DNA of 64,000 nucleotides from a virus (lineage: Duplodnaviria > Caudoviricetes). The position numbers were made by a program, and so were the translations under genes. Below are positions 49,140 to 58,101 of the stretch, piece by piece (position 1 is the stretch's first letter; each line of letters begins with the position of its first letter). Where the stretch lies: IMG/VR virus record IMGVR_UViG_3300031555_004271, positions 21,818-85,817 of that record, one strand, 5' to 3'. The notes below the pieces were generated by a model. That model worked only from the letters and a program-made list of their open reading frames with translations, searched no databases and had not been told where the DNA came from.

Positions 49140-50009
49140 TTAAGCAAACCAATCAAGAATGTTGTAAGATTCTTTTAATTCTTTTTTCTCATCTTCTTCG
49201 GATTCTTCCTCTTCATCAGAGTCATCATCCTCATCTTTATCTTCTTTATCCTCTTCTTCGGACTCGTCTTCATCCTCATCATCGTCGTCCTCATCAGCGG
49301 ACTCGAATAAAGCATTAAACTCTTCCTCTAAAGAAGCGAAATCTTCATCTAATTCTTCATCTTCATCTACTTCCATTTCCTCTTCTTCAGAAACAGGTTC
49401 GACTAGACCACCTTTAGGAGCCTCAGTATCACAAACCTTAGCTTCATCAGCCTGTGGAATTACATCACCCTCATCAGGACAATCTACTTCTAGATTAGTA
49501 CCATCGCACTCTTGAGCTTCTAATAGTTCCATAGCACCTAAGATGTCACCCATCTCAAATAGGAACTCAGCAGCTTCATTACTAAACTCATCAATATTTA
49601 CAGGAGTCTTCTGATTATCAGCATAATCAACTTCCTTATTTAGCTTAGTATCTGCATCTGCATCACTAGCATACTGAGTGGAGAAATCATCCTTGTAATC
49701 TTCAGGCTCTTGAAGCTTAGTAGTCTCATCAGTGTCAGAAACAGGCTTCTTCTCGAAGTTGTCCTCATACTCTACTTCATTCTGAAGATTAGTAATTAGA
49801 TCATCATCAACTACAGTATCCTCAATGAATAAAAATGGCATCTCATTTTTTAACATTTCGTTATTCACTCCATTCTCACTAATATTTAAAATTCTATTAT
49901 CAATAAAGTTTTCAAATTCGGTGTCTTCATGAATGAGCATATAGAAATCTTTCTGATCCTGCTCTTTCTGAAGGTTAGCATTAATTTTCTTAGAAATATT
50001 GTTTAGCAT
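49140..50009 (-). CDS. Highly acidic prohead core/scaffold-like protein
   Basis: D/E-rich, with LFES and LKES motifs; RBS ggaggg; function inferred. Confidence 0.5.
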   Translation of the reverse strand: MLNNISKKINANLQKEQDQKDFYMLIHEDTEFENFIDNRILNISENGVNNEMLKNEMPFLFIEDTVVDDDLITNLQNEVEYEDNFEKKPVSDTDETTKLQEPEDYKDDFSTQYASDADADTKLNKEVDYADNQKTPVNIDEFSNEAAEFLFEMGDILGAMELLEAQECDGTNLEVDCPDEGDVIPQADEAKVCDTEAPKGGLVEPVSEEEEMEVDEDEELDEDFASLEEEFNALFESADEDDDDEDEDESEEEDKEDKDEDDDSDEEEESEEDEKKELKESYNILDWFA

Positions 50010-50048
50010 AGGAGACAAATGCCCTCCTTCCATTTATTTTATATATTT

Positions 50049-51401
50049 TTATGAATTTGTTAATAGTTCTATCTCATTTTTTAATATAAAAATGAGACAA
50101 GGTATCAAAAGATACTCTCTATAAGTAGGGAAGAAATTATGTTTCTTAAGACTAGTTAAGAAATCATCATCTATTTCTAATTTTTTGTTAAAATACTTGA
50201 TAAGAATATTCTCTAAAAAGTATTCCTTATCATTATCATAAAGAATATCGCTATTGCAATTAACAACAAACTCAGACTTATGAGGTGTAATAAAAGCATG
50301 TCGCACTAAATGTTCTGGGTCAGCTTTATCTATAAAACCATAATTAGTATTACCTAGTCTACCAAAGACATCATCATATGATAAAGAGATAGTTTTCTGA
50401 GTTTTATAGTTCTCATAACTAGTATCTAGTTCTTTAATAACTTCATTATGACTATCAGATGGAACATAACATACTCTATAGTACTCGTTATAGTCTAGAC
50501 TAAATGGATTATTCTTTAAATTCTTTATGATTTCCATAGTTACCATATCTTCTAGTTTGAAATAGTCGATATCGTTTTCTTCTAATGCTTTATAGATAGT
50601 CATATCATAAAGTTCATAGAAAGCTGGGGAATCAACAAAGATATCCTGTACATAATAAGAACCTAAGAAAGTTCTTTGAGTGTTATCTAAGATTCCATTG
50701 TTAATTAAGAATCTGATTAGGAATTCATTATAGATGTTCTTATCATTATAACGATAAGTAAAGACATTGTACTTTCTATTTAAGAAAGAATTAATGAAGA
50801 ATTTCTTAATCTTTACTAGGTAATCATTGATATTCTGAATTAGCTGATACTTTGACTCTTCTATAATAGGATTATTCTTAGTACCTATATTGTCATATTC
50901 GACTGAATATTCAGTATCTACTTTTTCTTCAGCATCATCTACTTCATGATGAGATAACTCATACTCAATCTTATAGAATTTCTGACCATTAACCTTATCT
51001 ACCTCATATTTAGTAACTCTGAATAGATACTCTTCTTCCATATAGTCAATATGGAAAAGATCATCTACATATGGTTTTATCATATTTGGTAGAATTACTG
51101 CTTCACCATTACTCTCAGTATTTAGACCAAATGCTTCATCAATTTCGATATTTGGATTTACTTCACTAGCTAGATATAGAGGAAAATCATTAATTTTGTT
51201 GTAAGCAACAGGACTTTCATATCCTAATAAATCCTTAACAGTTTCTAAAGGTTGATCTTGTTCAGATGCAGCTAAATTTCTGTTATAGTAGGTTACAAAG
51301 ATAGGAGTACCTTGTAAACGTTTAGACTGATAGGAATAAGAATTCTGTAAGTGTCTTAAAATATTTTCATGTATTATCTTTTGTTCTAATAACTTTGCCA
51401 T
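50049..51401 (-). CDS. Virion structural protein (possibly neck/head-closure)
   Basis: 450 aa; GTPIFVTYYN...SPVAYNKI.DFPLY; late promoter at 51438-51449. Confidence 0.45.
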   Translation of the reverse strand: MAKLLEQKIIHENILRHLQNSYSYQSKRLQGTPIFVTYYNRNLAASEQDQPLETVKDLLGYESPVAYNKINDFPLYLASEVNPNIEIDEAFGLNTESNGEAVILPNMIKPYVDDLFHIDYMEEEYLFRVTKYEVDKVNGQKFYKIEYELSHHEVDDAEEKVDTEYSVEYDNIGTKNNPIIEESKYQLIQNINDYLVKIKKFFINSFLNRKYNVFTYRYNDKNIYNEFLIRFLINNGILDNTQRTFLGSYYVQDIFVDSPAFYELYDMTIYKALEENDIDYFKLEDMVTMEIIKNLKNNPFSLDYNEYYRVCYVPSDSHNEVIKELDTSYENYKTQKTISLSYDDVFGRLGNTNYGFIDKADPEHLVRHAFITPHKSEFVVNCNSDILYDNDKEYFLENILIKYFNKKLEIDDDFLTSLKKHNFFPTYREYLLIPCLIFILKNEIELLTNS

Positions 51402-51463
51402 ATGATTACATTCACCACTTTTCTGTATTAGACTCTATATGAAAATGTTTAATTTATTGTTTG

Positions 51464-51477
51464 AATATATATTATAA
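51464..51477 (+). promoter_or_regulatory. Early-type TATATAT-core promoter motif (representative copy)
   Basis: aatatatattataa upstream of the tryptophan-repeat array; similar copies precede many accessory genes. Confidence 0.6.
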
Positions 51478-51504
51478 AGTAAGAAAGGATAGGAGGATAA
51501 AACT

Positions 51505-52275
51505 ATGTTAAATAATAAAAAGATTCAGGATACTCTTAGTAAAATCGTAGAATTACAAGGTGATAAAAGTTATAAAACAATTGATGAAATGTGTGATTGG
51601 TTTTCTAAGAAGGATAAAGATTGGTTGTGGAAAGATAAATTGGAAGAAGAAACATTCTATATTTCTGAAGATCCAGATGACTATATAATCGCTACTAGAC
51701 AATTATCTAAAAAACATATTTTCGATTTTGAGATTAAGTATAGACCAATTTTAGTACAACACCCTGTATGTAAAGTAAATGATGATACTAAACTGACATT
51801 AAAACTATTAGACACTATAATCAGTGGAGGTTTATTACATACATTCTTCAATAAGGAAGGTAATGTTAGTGTATTTGATTTCCTAGACAGTTATAAAGAC
51901 ATTATAGCATGGTTTGATTTTCTATACAATAATGAGACACTTGCTAGAAAAGAAATCTATAAAATCACTGAAAAATACAGTGAATTTTTTAATAATGAAT
52001 GTTGGCAGCGTCTTACTTACTACTGCTATGATTATAGAGATGGAAGAAAATATAGAAGCAACTATATTAGAAAGTATAGAGAAAAATTAGATTGGAAGTA
52101 TCTAAGTGGAAGCGATATAGATCTAGATCCATACTTCATTTTAGAAATGAGAAACTATATAGATTTTAATATGTATTTTAGTAACCTTAATAAACATAGT
52201 CAGCTTAGAAATCAGATGAAACTTTATACTCTTAATAATCTAGGAGAGGTATTAACCTATAGAAAAGAGGAATAG
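51505..52275 (+). CDS. Tryptophan-repeat family protein
   Basis: YIRKYREKLDWKYLS. Confidence 0.75.
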   Translation: MLNNKKIQDTLSKIVELQGDKSYKTIDEMCDWFSKKDKDWLWKDKLEEETFYISEDPDDYIIATRQLSKKHIFDFEIKYRPILVQHPVCKVNDDTKLTLKLLDTIISGGLLHTFFNKEGNVSVFDFLDSYKDIIAWFDFLYNNETLARKEIYKITEKYSEFFNNECWQRLTYYCYDYRDGRKYRSNYIRKYREKLDWKYLSGSDIDLDPYFILEMRNYIDFNMYFSNLNKHSQLRNQMKLYTLNNLGEVLTYRKEE

Positions 52276-52279
52276 ATAG

Positions 52280-52861
52280 ATGGATGATAGAGTCATTAAC
52301 AAACAACATATCTTCAATTATGAGTTAAAACATAAGGCTTTTTTAAAGAAATACATTATTATCAACCCAAAACTTTTTGGATTTTATGATAATAATGATG
52401 AATTCGATCTAGATAAACTAACACTAAACCTCATAGACAATTTAGTAAGGGATAAATTCTTCGACACATATAGATTTGAGAAAAATGAAGTGTATGATTT
52501 CATATCTGATTATAAAGATCTTATTGATATATATTCATTTATGACAACTAATGTACTATTTACTAGACAAAATCTAGAGTTTATCGCAGATACTTTTAAG
52601 AAACAGTTTGATGAAGATCCTATATTGTGGAAATATGTAATGGATGTATTTATGACAGAATACCACGATAATAGAAATGTTTTAATGAAGTATAAAGATA
52701 AATTCGATTGGGATTTATTTAATAGATGTGTTTTTAATCATGATGCCCTAGACTATTTGAAAAATAAAACTATATGCAAATATTCATCCTATTTTAAAAT
52801 TGTAGATAAAATAAAAGACTATGTAATAAAACATTTAGATGAAATTTTATTTGACAATTAA
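52280..52861 (+). CDS. Tryptophan-repeat family protein
   Basis: LMKYKDKFDWDLF. Confidence 0.75.
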   Translation: MDDRVINKQHIFNYELKHKAFLKKYIIINPKLFGFYDNNDEFDLDKLTLNLIDNLVRDKFFDTYRFEKNEVYDFISDYKDLIDIYSFMTTNVLFTRQNLEFIADTFKKQFDEDPILWKYVMDVFMTEYHDNRNVLMKYKDKFDWDLFNRCVFNHDALDYLKNKTICKYSSYFKIVDKIKDYVIKHLDEILFDN

Positions 52862-52878
52862 GAAAGTGTAGATTAAAG

Positions 52879-53193
52879 ATGTGTAACAGATATGTAACAA
52901 AACAGGATGTTTTCAATTTTGAATTGAAACATAAACCTTGGTTAATTCAATATAACTCGTCTGGAATTGAAAGTGATATAGAATTTTCTATAGAAGTTCT
53001 GGATAGTATCTTTGAAAGAAATATCTTTGGTCTAAGTTGCTATGAAATTTCTAAAATCTTTGAATTTTTAGACGATTATAAGGATATCATGGATTGGAGT
53101 ATATTCTTAAAACATGATACTCGAATTATATCATATTATGGTCTTGAAATTCTATCTAGATACGGTAAATATCTACCTGTTAGAAAGAGGTAA
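52879..53193 (+). CDS. Tryptophan-repeat family protein (short)
   Basis: TKQDVFNFELKH; YKDIMDWSIF. Confidence 0.75.
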   Translation: MCNRYVTKQDVFNFELKHKPWLIQYNSSGIESDIEFSIEVLDSIFERNIFGLSCYEISKIFEFLDDYKDIMDWSIFLKHDTRIISYYGLEILSRYGKYLPVRKR

Positions 53194-53199
53194 TTATAC

Positions 53200-53772
53200 A
53201 TGAGAAGAAAACTAACTAAAAAACACTTATTTGATTATGAAATGAAGTACAAACATATATTAAGTAGACCATATAATTATGAAAAATTAACACTAAGAAA
53301 CTTTGATCAGATTGTATATAATGTCTATTATAGTTTCAGTAGTAGTGATTACAAAACAATTTTCAAATTCATAGATGACTATATAGATCTTATAGACTTT
53401 GAAAAATTTGTTATCAATAACTATGTATTTATAAATGGACATTATAGACTGTTTATAAGTAAGTACAATAAGCAATTCAATCAAAAAGTATGGAGTAAAC
53501 TTACACATAGATTGACTTATAAAGGTAATGAGGATCTTATTAGAAGATATAAGGAACATTTAGACTTTAGTATCTTACAAAACTATCATATATTCTCACC
53601 AGAACTTCTACTAGAACTTAAAGATAAAGTAGATGTTAAAAAGGTATTATCTAAAATGGGTGCTATAAACTATGAAACCTATAATCGTGAAGTGAACAAG
53701 AGAATCAATAACTACATAGTAGACCATTTAGAAGAAGTACTAACCTATAAAAAGGATGATAATAACAAATGA
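53200..53772 (+). CDS. Tryptophan-repeat family protein
   Basis: LTKKHLFDYEMKY; LIRRYKEHLDF. Confidence 0.75.
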   Translation: MRRKLTKKHLFDYEMKYKHILSRPYNYEKLTLRNFDQIVYNVYYSFSSSDYKTIFKFIDDYIDLIDFEKFVINNYVFINGHYRLFISKYNKQFNQKVWSKLTHRLTYKGNEDLIRRYKEHLDFSILQNYHIFSPELLLELKDKVDVKKVLSKMGAINYETYNREVNKRINNYIVDHLEEVLTYKKDDNNK

Positions 53773-54392
53773 AAAGAAGATTAACAAAGAAGGAAAAATT
53801 CAATATAGACATATTCTATAGACCATTTCTTGTAAACAGACGTAACAAAAGAACTGGCTTCATCTTTCAGTATGAGAATAATTTTGAAAGTTTATCCCAT
53901 TTAAAAATCCTAGAAATTTTTAGTAGAGACTATCTTGATGATTATTTCAAAAATAAAGACAAAGATGAATTCTACATGTTCTTAAATGATTATGAAGATC
54001 TACTAAATTGGAGGGCTATTATACCACGTGCATTGAATCTAGCAGTTAACTTCAAAGATGTTGTAAACTTTGTTGATTGTTTTAAGGAATACTTTGATGA
54101 TGTTTCTTGGAAGAATACATCTAGAAAATACGAGTGTTTTCATAACAATGAATTTCTTAGAAAGTTTAAAGACAAATTAGATTGGGAGTTTATTACTAGA
54201 AATCGTTGGTTTGAACCAGAATATCTACTGGAGTTTAAGGACTATATAGATTTCAATCATATATTCGAACATTTACATGTTAGAGGAGACTTTAGATATC
54301 TCGTAAAAGACTATATGGTAGAGAACATTGAAGACATGGTGAGTTACATCATTCAGAAAAAGAAAGAGGAATCAGAGAATGGCGACAAATAA
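53769..54392 (+). CDS. Tryptophan-repeat family protein
   Basis: FLRKFKDKLDWEFIT. Confidence 0.75.
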   Translation: MKRRLTKKEKFNIDIFYRPFLVNRRNKRTGFIFQYENNFESLSHLKILEIFSRDYLDDYFKNKDKDEFYMFLNDYEDLLNWRAIIPRALNLAVNFKDVVNFVDCFKEYFDDVSWKNTSRKYECFHNNEFLRKFKDKLDWEFITRNRWFEPEYLLEFKDYIDFNHIFEHLHVRGDFRYLVKDYMVENIEDMVSYIIQKKKEESENGDK

Positions 54393-54987
54393 TAAACCTC
54401 CATTGACTAAGGAGCAGATTTTCAATCTAGAAATGCTCTATAAACCAATGTTCTTCTCACACTATAAAAATGAAAAAGCTATTGATTACTATAGTTTAGA
54501 AGACTTAAAAACAGATAACAAAAAGTTTCTAAGATGTATATCAAAAAGGTTAAGCTCCGTATTCACAGGTATAGATAAGGATAGACTATACGTTTTCATA
54601 GAAGAGTATAAAGAATATTTAGATTGGAAAGGTATTTTAGAAAGTATACCACAGGAAATCATACTAACTGATGGTACAAACATTACAATTAACAATATAG
54701 TTCCTAAATACGAGACATATTTTAATGAACATACTTGGAATTACGTTACAAAAGTATTAAAGTATGGAAATGAGGATTTCATTAGAAAATACAAGTATAA
54801 GCTAAACTGGAATTATCTATCAAAGAAATATCGTTTTACGTATGATTTCATAAAGGAAATGATTGATTTTGTCATTCTACCACATTACTTTAGTTACAAT
54901 ACAAGTTCTGGTTCTAATAGAATAAAGAATGAACTATTAAAGCAATTGAAAGGAAGTATAAAAGGAGAGATAAATGAATCTAAATGA
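54379..54987 (+). CDS. Tryptophan-repeat family protein
   Basis: FIRKYKYKLNWNYLS. Confidence 0.75.
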   Translation: MATNNKPPLTKEQIFNLEMLYKPMFFSHYKNEKAIDYYSLEDLKTDNKKFLRCISKRLSSVFTGIDKDRLYVFIEEYKEYLDWKGILESIPQEIILTDGTNITINNIVPKYETYFNEHTWNYVTKVLKYGNEDFIRKYKYKLNWNYLSKKYRFTYDFIKEMIDFVILPHYFSYNTSSGSNRIKNELLKQLKGSIKGEINESK

Positions 54988-55420
54988 AAGAGAAATAAAA
55001 CGAGTACAAAAGTATAATTATTCTAGTCCTTATCAAAATAAATATCCGACTTGGTGGAATCGTAAGGAATACTGGAAGGATATACAAATACATCAAAAAC
55101 TAAGTAGTAAATTCATAGAAGAATTTGCTATCTATCTAGATTTTCAATTAATGTCATCCACTCAAGTACTAGATGAAGATATTATGACAAAATATAGTGA
55201 CTATCTAGATTGGCACGACATTTCTATGGTACAAATCTTACAACAAGATTTCATCATCAAGAACAAAGACCTAGTAGATTGGGATATGATTTCCTACTAT
55301 CAAAAACTATCAAGAAGCTTCATAGTAAAATATAAATGGAAACTGAACTGGTGTAACATTTTTAGAAATGAAAAAATTTCTGACAACATAAAATCATCAC
55401 TAATAGAAAGTATCGAGTGA
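54974..55420 (+). CDS. Tryptophan-repeat family protein (canonical 24-aa repeats)
   Basis: QKLSSKFIEEF..LDF, LDWHDIS..Q, VDWDMIS..QKLS, KLNW. Confidence 0.8.
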   Translation: MNLNEREIKRVQKYNYSSPYQNKYPTWWNRKEYWKDIQIHQKLSSKFIEEFAIYLDFQLMSSTQVLDEDIMTKYSDYLDWHDISMVQILQQDFIIKNKDLVDWDMISYYQKLSRSFIVKYKWKLNWCNIFRNEKISDNIKSSLIESIE

Positions 55421-55433
55421 ATGGGAGGTTTTT

Positions 55434-55943
55434 ATGTTAAAAGAATTATTTACAGTAACCGTTTTAATCTTTTTCCTATCAAGTTTGATAAATGTAATCA
55501 TATCCACTATGAAAACAGTATTAACTGTTAAAGCATCTAAGCAAGTAGCTACATTTATAAACTGTCTTAACTATACTATCAATACTGTTATAATCAAACA
55601 AATTACAGAATGTGAAACTTGGATAGCAGCTATAGTTACTTTCTTTACTAACCTAATAGGTGTATATTTTGCACTATGGTTGATTGATAGGTTCAGGAAA
55701 GACAAAGTATGGAAAATAACAGTAACTATAAAAGCTCTTGAAGTACTATATCAGGTAGTAGACACTTTAGAAGACATAGGTATAGAATACAGATACACTA
55801 CTGTATACTATGGTAAGATGAAAAAAGGTGGAAGTCTTGAGATCTTTGTTAGAACTAAAGATGATAGTAGATTAGTAAAAGAAATCCTAGATTCTATTAA
55901 TTGTAAGTACGATGTAGTAGAAGTGTTAAGGAACGAATTATAG
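55434..55943 (+). CDS. UPF0316-like (DUF5698/DUF2179) membrane protein
   Basis: Three TM helices (NVIISTMKTVL, AAIVTFFTNLIGVY) plus small C-terminal alpha/beta domain. Confidence 0.65.
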   Translation: MLKELFTVTVLIFFLSSLINVIISTMKTVLTVKASKQVATFINCLNYTINTVIIKQITECETWIAAIVTFFTNLIGVYFALWLIDRFRKDKVWKITVTIKALEVLYQVVDTLEDIGIEYRYTTVYYGKMKKGGSLEIFVRTKDDSRLVKEILDSINCKYDVVEVLRNEL

Positions 55944-55988
55944 GAAAGACTAAAGGGATTTTATTCCCTTTAGTCTATTTTTTTTTAT

Positions 55989-56714
55989 TTAAATCTCTAG
56001 TTCATCAGCATGACTACTAATCCAACCACGATAGTTCTTAGTTAGAGTACATACTTGTGTTCTTGGATCATCTCTAAAATGTTCTATATATCTAACAAAA
56101 CCACTATGTTCAGGATGTTCATATAGATCAATCTGACCACTATGACCTATAACGATTACCTTACAATTATCATGAATTCTTGTTAGTACTTTCTTTAATT
56201 CATCAGCATACATATTCTGTGTTTCATCAATAATGACAACTTTCTTTTCGAAATTACAGCCACGTAAGTATGTATGTGCCATCATATCAATGTAACCTTC
56301 AGCATTTTTCTCATCAGCAATGTCTATTAGTTGATTAACATATCTTTCTGGAATTACATCTATCTTTAAAAGAGCCTGAATAAAAGGTTCAAAATAAGGA
56401 AGAGATTTTGCATTTAGATCACCAGGTAAGAAACCCATTTTCTGTTCTTGAACGGGAGCTGCTATAAATACGATACCATCGTATAAACCATATTTAACTA
56501 AAAGATCTGCAGTTGCAGTAGCAATAGTTGTCTTACCAGTACCAGCTTTACAGTCAGCAAATATGATAAGTTTTTCAGGATTCCATATAGCATCTCGAAA
56601 TTTTCTTTGATCCGCATCTAGAAATAGACCATAAAAAGGGTGATCATCTAGAGTTTGAGGAGGATTCTTTTTATACTCTTCGAATTCTTTATTCGCTGTA
56701 TGTTTCTTAGCCAT
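55989..56714 (-). CDS. phoH: PhoH-like ATPase
   Basis: AGTGKT, GFLPGDL, YLRG, IIDETQN, GHSGQID. Confidence 0.92.
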   Translation of the reverse strand: MAKKHTANKEFEEYKKNPPQTLDDHPFYGLFLDADQRKFRDAIWNPEKLIIFADCKAGTGKTTIATATADLLVKYGLYDGIVFIAAPVQEQKMGFLPGDLNAKSLPYFEPFIQALLKIDVIPERYVNQLIDIADEKNAEGYIDMMAHTYLRGCNFEKKVVIIDETQNMYADELKKVLTRIHDNCKVIVIGHSGQIDLYEHPEHSGFVRYIEHFRDDPRTQVCTLTKNYRGWISSHADELEI

Positions 56715-56860
56715 ATTAAAATAGCTCCTTTCGAGATAGAAAGTATATTTCTACGATATTTTATAAGAAATTTCTATTAGGAAATTCCTTATAATAATAG
56801 ATTGTTAAGTTACAAAAAAATAGCACTAAAAGAAATTATAAAAAAAAAAGAAGATCCAAA

Positions 56861-56980
56861 TTAATGGATCTTCTTCTCTTTAACTTTTTTTGCTAATTTT
56901 TGAATTAATCCTTCTTTTGGGAGAAATTTTAAAAGATATTTAGAAAATGGAATAAATACAGAATTATTAGAACTTTTCAT
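56861..56980 (-). CDS. Micro-ORF, 39 aa cationic amphipathic peptide
   Basis: AAGGAGG RBS, TATATATTCT motif at 57010-57024, stop codon in terminator loop; MKSSNNSVFIPFSKYLLKFLPKEGLIQKLAKKVKEKKIH. Confidence 0.65.
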   Translation of the reverse strand: MKSSNNSVFIPFSKYLLKFLPKEGLIQKLAKKVKEKKIH

Positions 56981-57048
56981 AGAATATAAACCTCCTTATT
57001 CTATCAAAATAAGAATATATATTTATAATTCTAAGAAATTCATTTTTT

Positions 57049-57957
57049 TTATTCACCCATCATCAATTTAGTAAACTTTGGACTAAATATAGCTAAAGTA
57101 TTCCATAATGCATGTATAAATACAGAAATGCCAAAACCTAATGTTTTAGATTTTTCATCATCTAGTTTTAAGAATTTTTGTACCTTTTCATTCTTAGCTA
57201 ACCAATGAACTATTGTAGTAGATAAATGCATTAAAACCGCAAAAGTTCTTACTCTTATTGCTTTTAATAAAGGCATTTTGTTTATTTTTGTTAACTGTAA
57301 TACATATGATGTAAATTCATATCCATTAAAAATTACGAAAAATTCTTTCTCAAAATTACCTGATGCTGCAAATTTCTTAGCTAGTTCTTCAGTTAAAGGT
57401 GCAGCAATACATGCAGTAAGTATTGTACCAATTTGTTGACCAGTAATAGTTATAAAAACAATCATGAATACTATTTGTGCCAACATCATCCATAGAAAAC
57501 ATCTTAGACCGTTTTTTAGCTTAGTAACATCATACTTTCCATTTTCTAATTTTTCAGTATCCAAACTTTCAAATAAAAGAGCTTCTAGTTTTTTAAATAA
57601 AGCTTCTAGTTTATGTGAAATTGATTTTGATGTATCTTTTTTAACACCATTAGTTTTTATATCTGAAACTATTGATGATGCAGTGGATTTAACAGCAATT
57701 TTAGCTTTTTGATAATTTCTATCATTATTATTAAAAAGCTTCTTTAAATCTCTATCAATTACATCTTGAATCTTTTCCTTTACATTAAATGATTCCTGTA
57801 ACATATAATCTAAATCCATTGATTCAGATAGTAAATTACAATGCTCAGATAATTGTTGAATTTGTTCAGGAGTTACTAAAACATCAGGAGTTATATAACC
57901 ATTTTCATTTAAGTCTTTAAGGAATATACAATTTTCGTATAAAGAGACGTTATTCAT
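57049..57957 (-). CDS. PrsW-family intramembrane metalloprotease with head-protein-like N-terminal extension
   Basis: APLTEELAK (EExxK), FNGYE (FxxxE), LMHLS and IHALWN motifs within TM helices. Confidence 0.75.
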   Translation of the reverse strand: MNNVSLYENCIFLKDLNENGYITPDVLVTPEQIQQLSEHCNLLSESMDLDYMLQESFNVKEKIQDVIDRDLKKLFNNNDRNYQKAKIAVKSTASSIVSDIKTNGVKKDTSKSISHKLEALFKKLEALLFESLDTEKLENGKYDVTKLKNGLRCFLWMMLAQIVFMIVFITITGQQIGTILTACIAAPLTEELAKKFAASGNFEKEFFVIFNGYEFTSYVLQLTKINKMPLLKAIRVRTFAVLMHLSTTIVHWLAKNEKVQKFLKLDDEKSKTLGFGISVFIHALWNTLAIFSPKFTKLMMGE

Positions 57958-58101
57958 TTTATAAGTTCACCTACTTTTTATAAAATTTTGTATCATTAAT
58001 TTAATGTTTTTATGAAAATCTATATTTTTCTTTTATAAAACTCATAGACAACATTCAATTAATCAGTTTATTACTAAAGGAAAGGAGGAAATTTATAACT
58101 T

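Larger units (their letters stand above)
51505..55420 (+). repeat. Tandem array of 7 tryptophan-repeat family genes
   Basis: Recurring Y.D.(L/I)DW, FIRKYK.KLDW..LS and L.E.KD.IDF units; shared N-terminal TK..IF.YE.K motif. Confidence 0.85.

Noticed and set aside
55989-56714. PhoH as a novel auxiliary gene
   Set aside because: Very common in large phages
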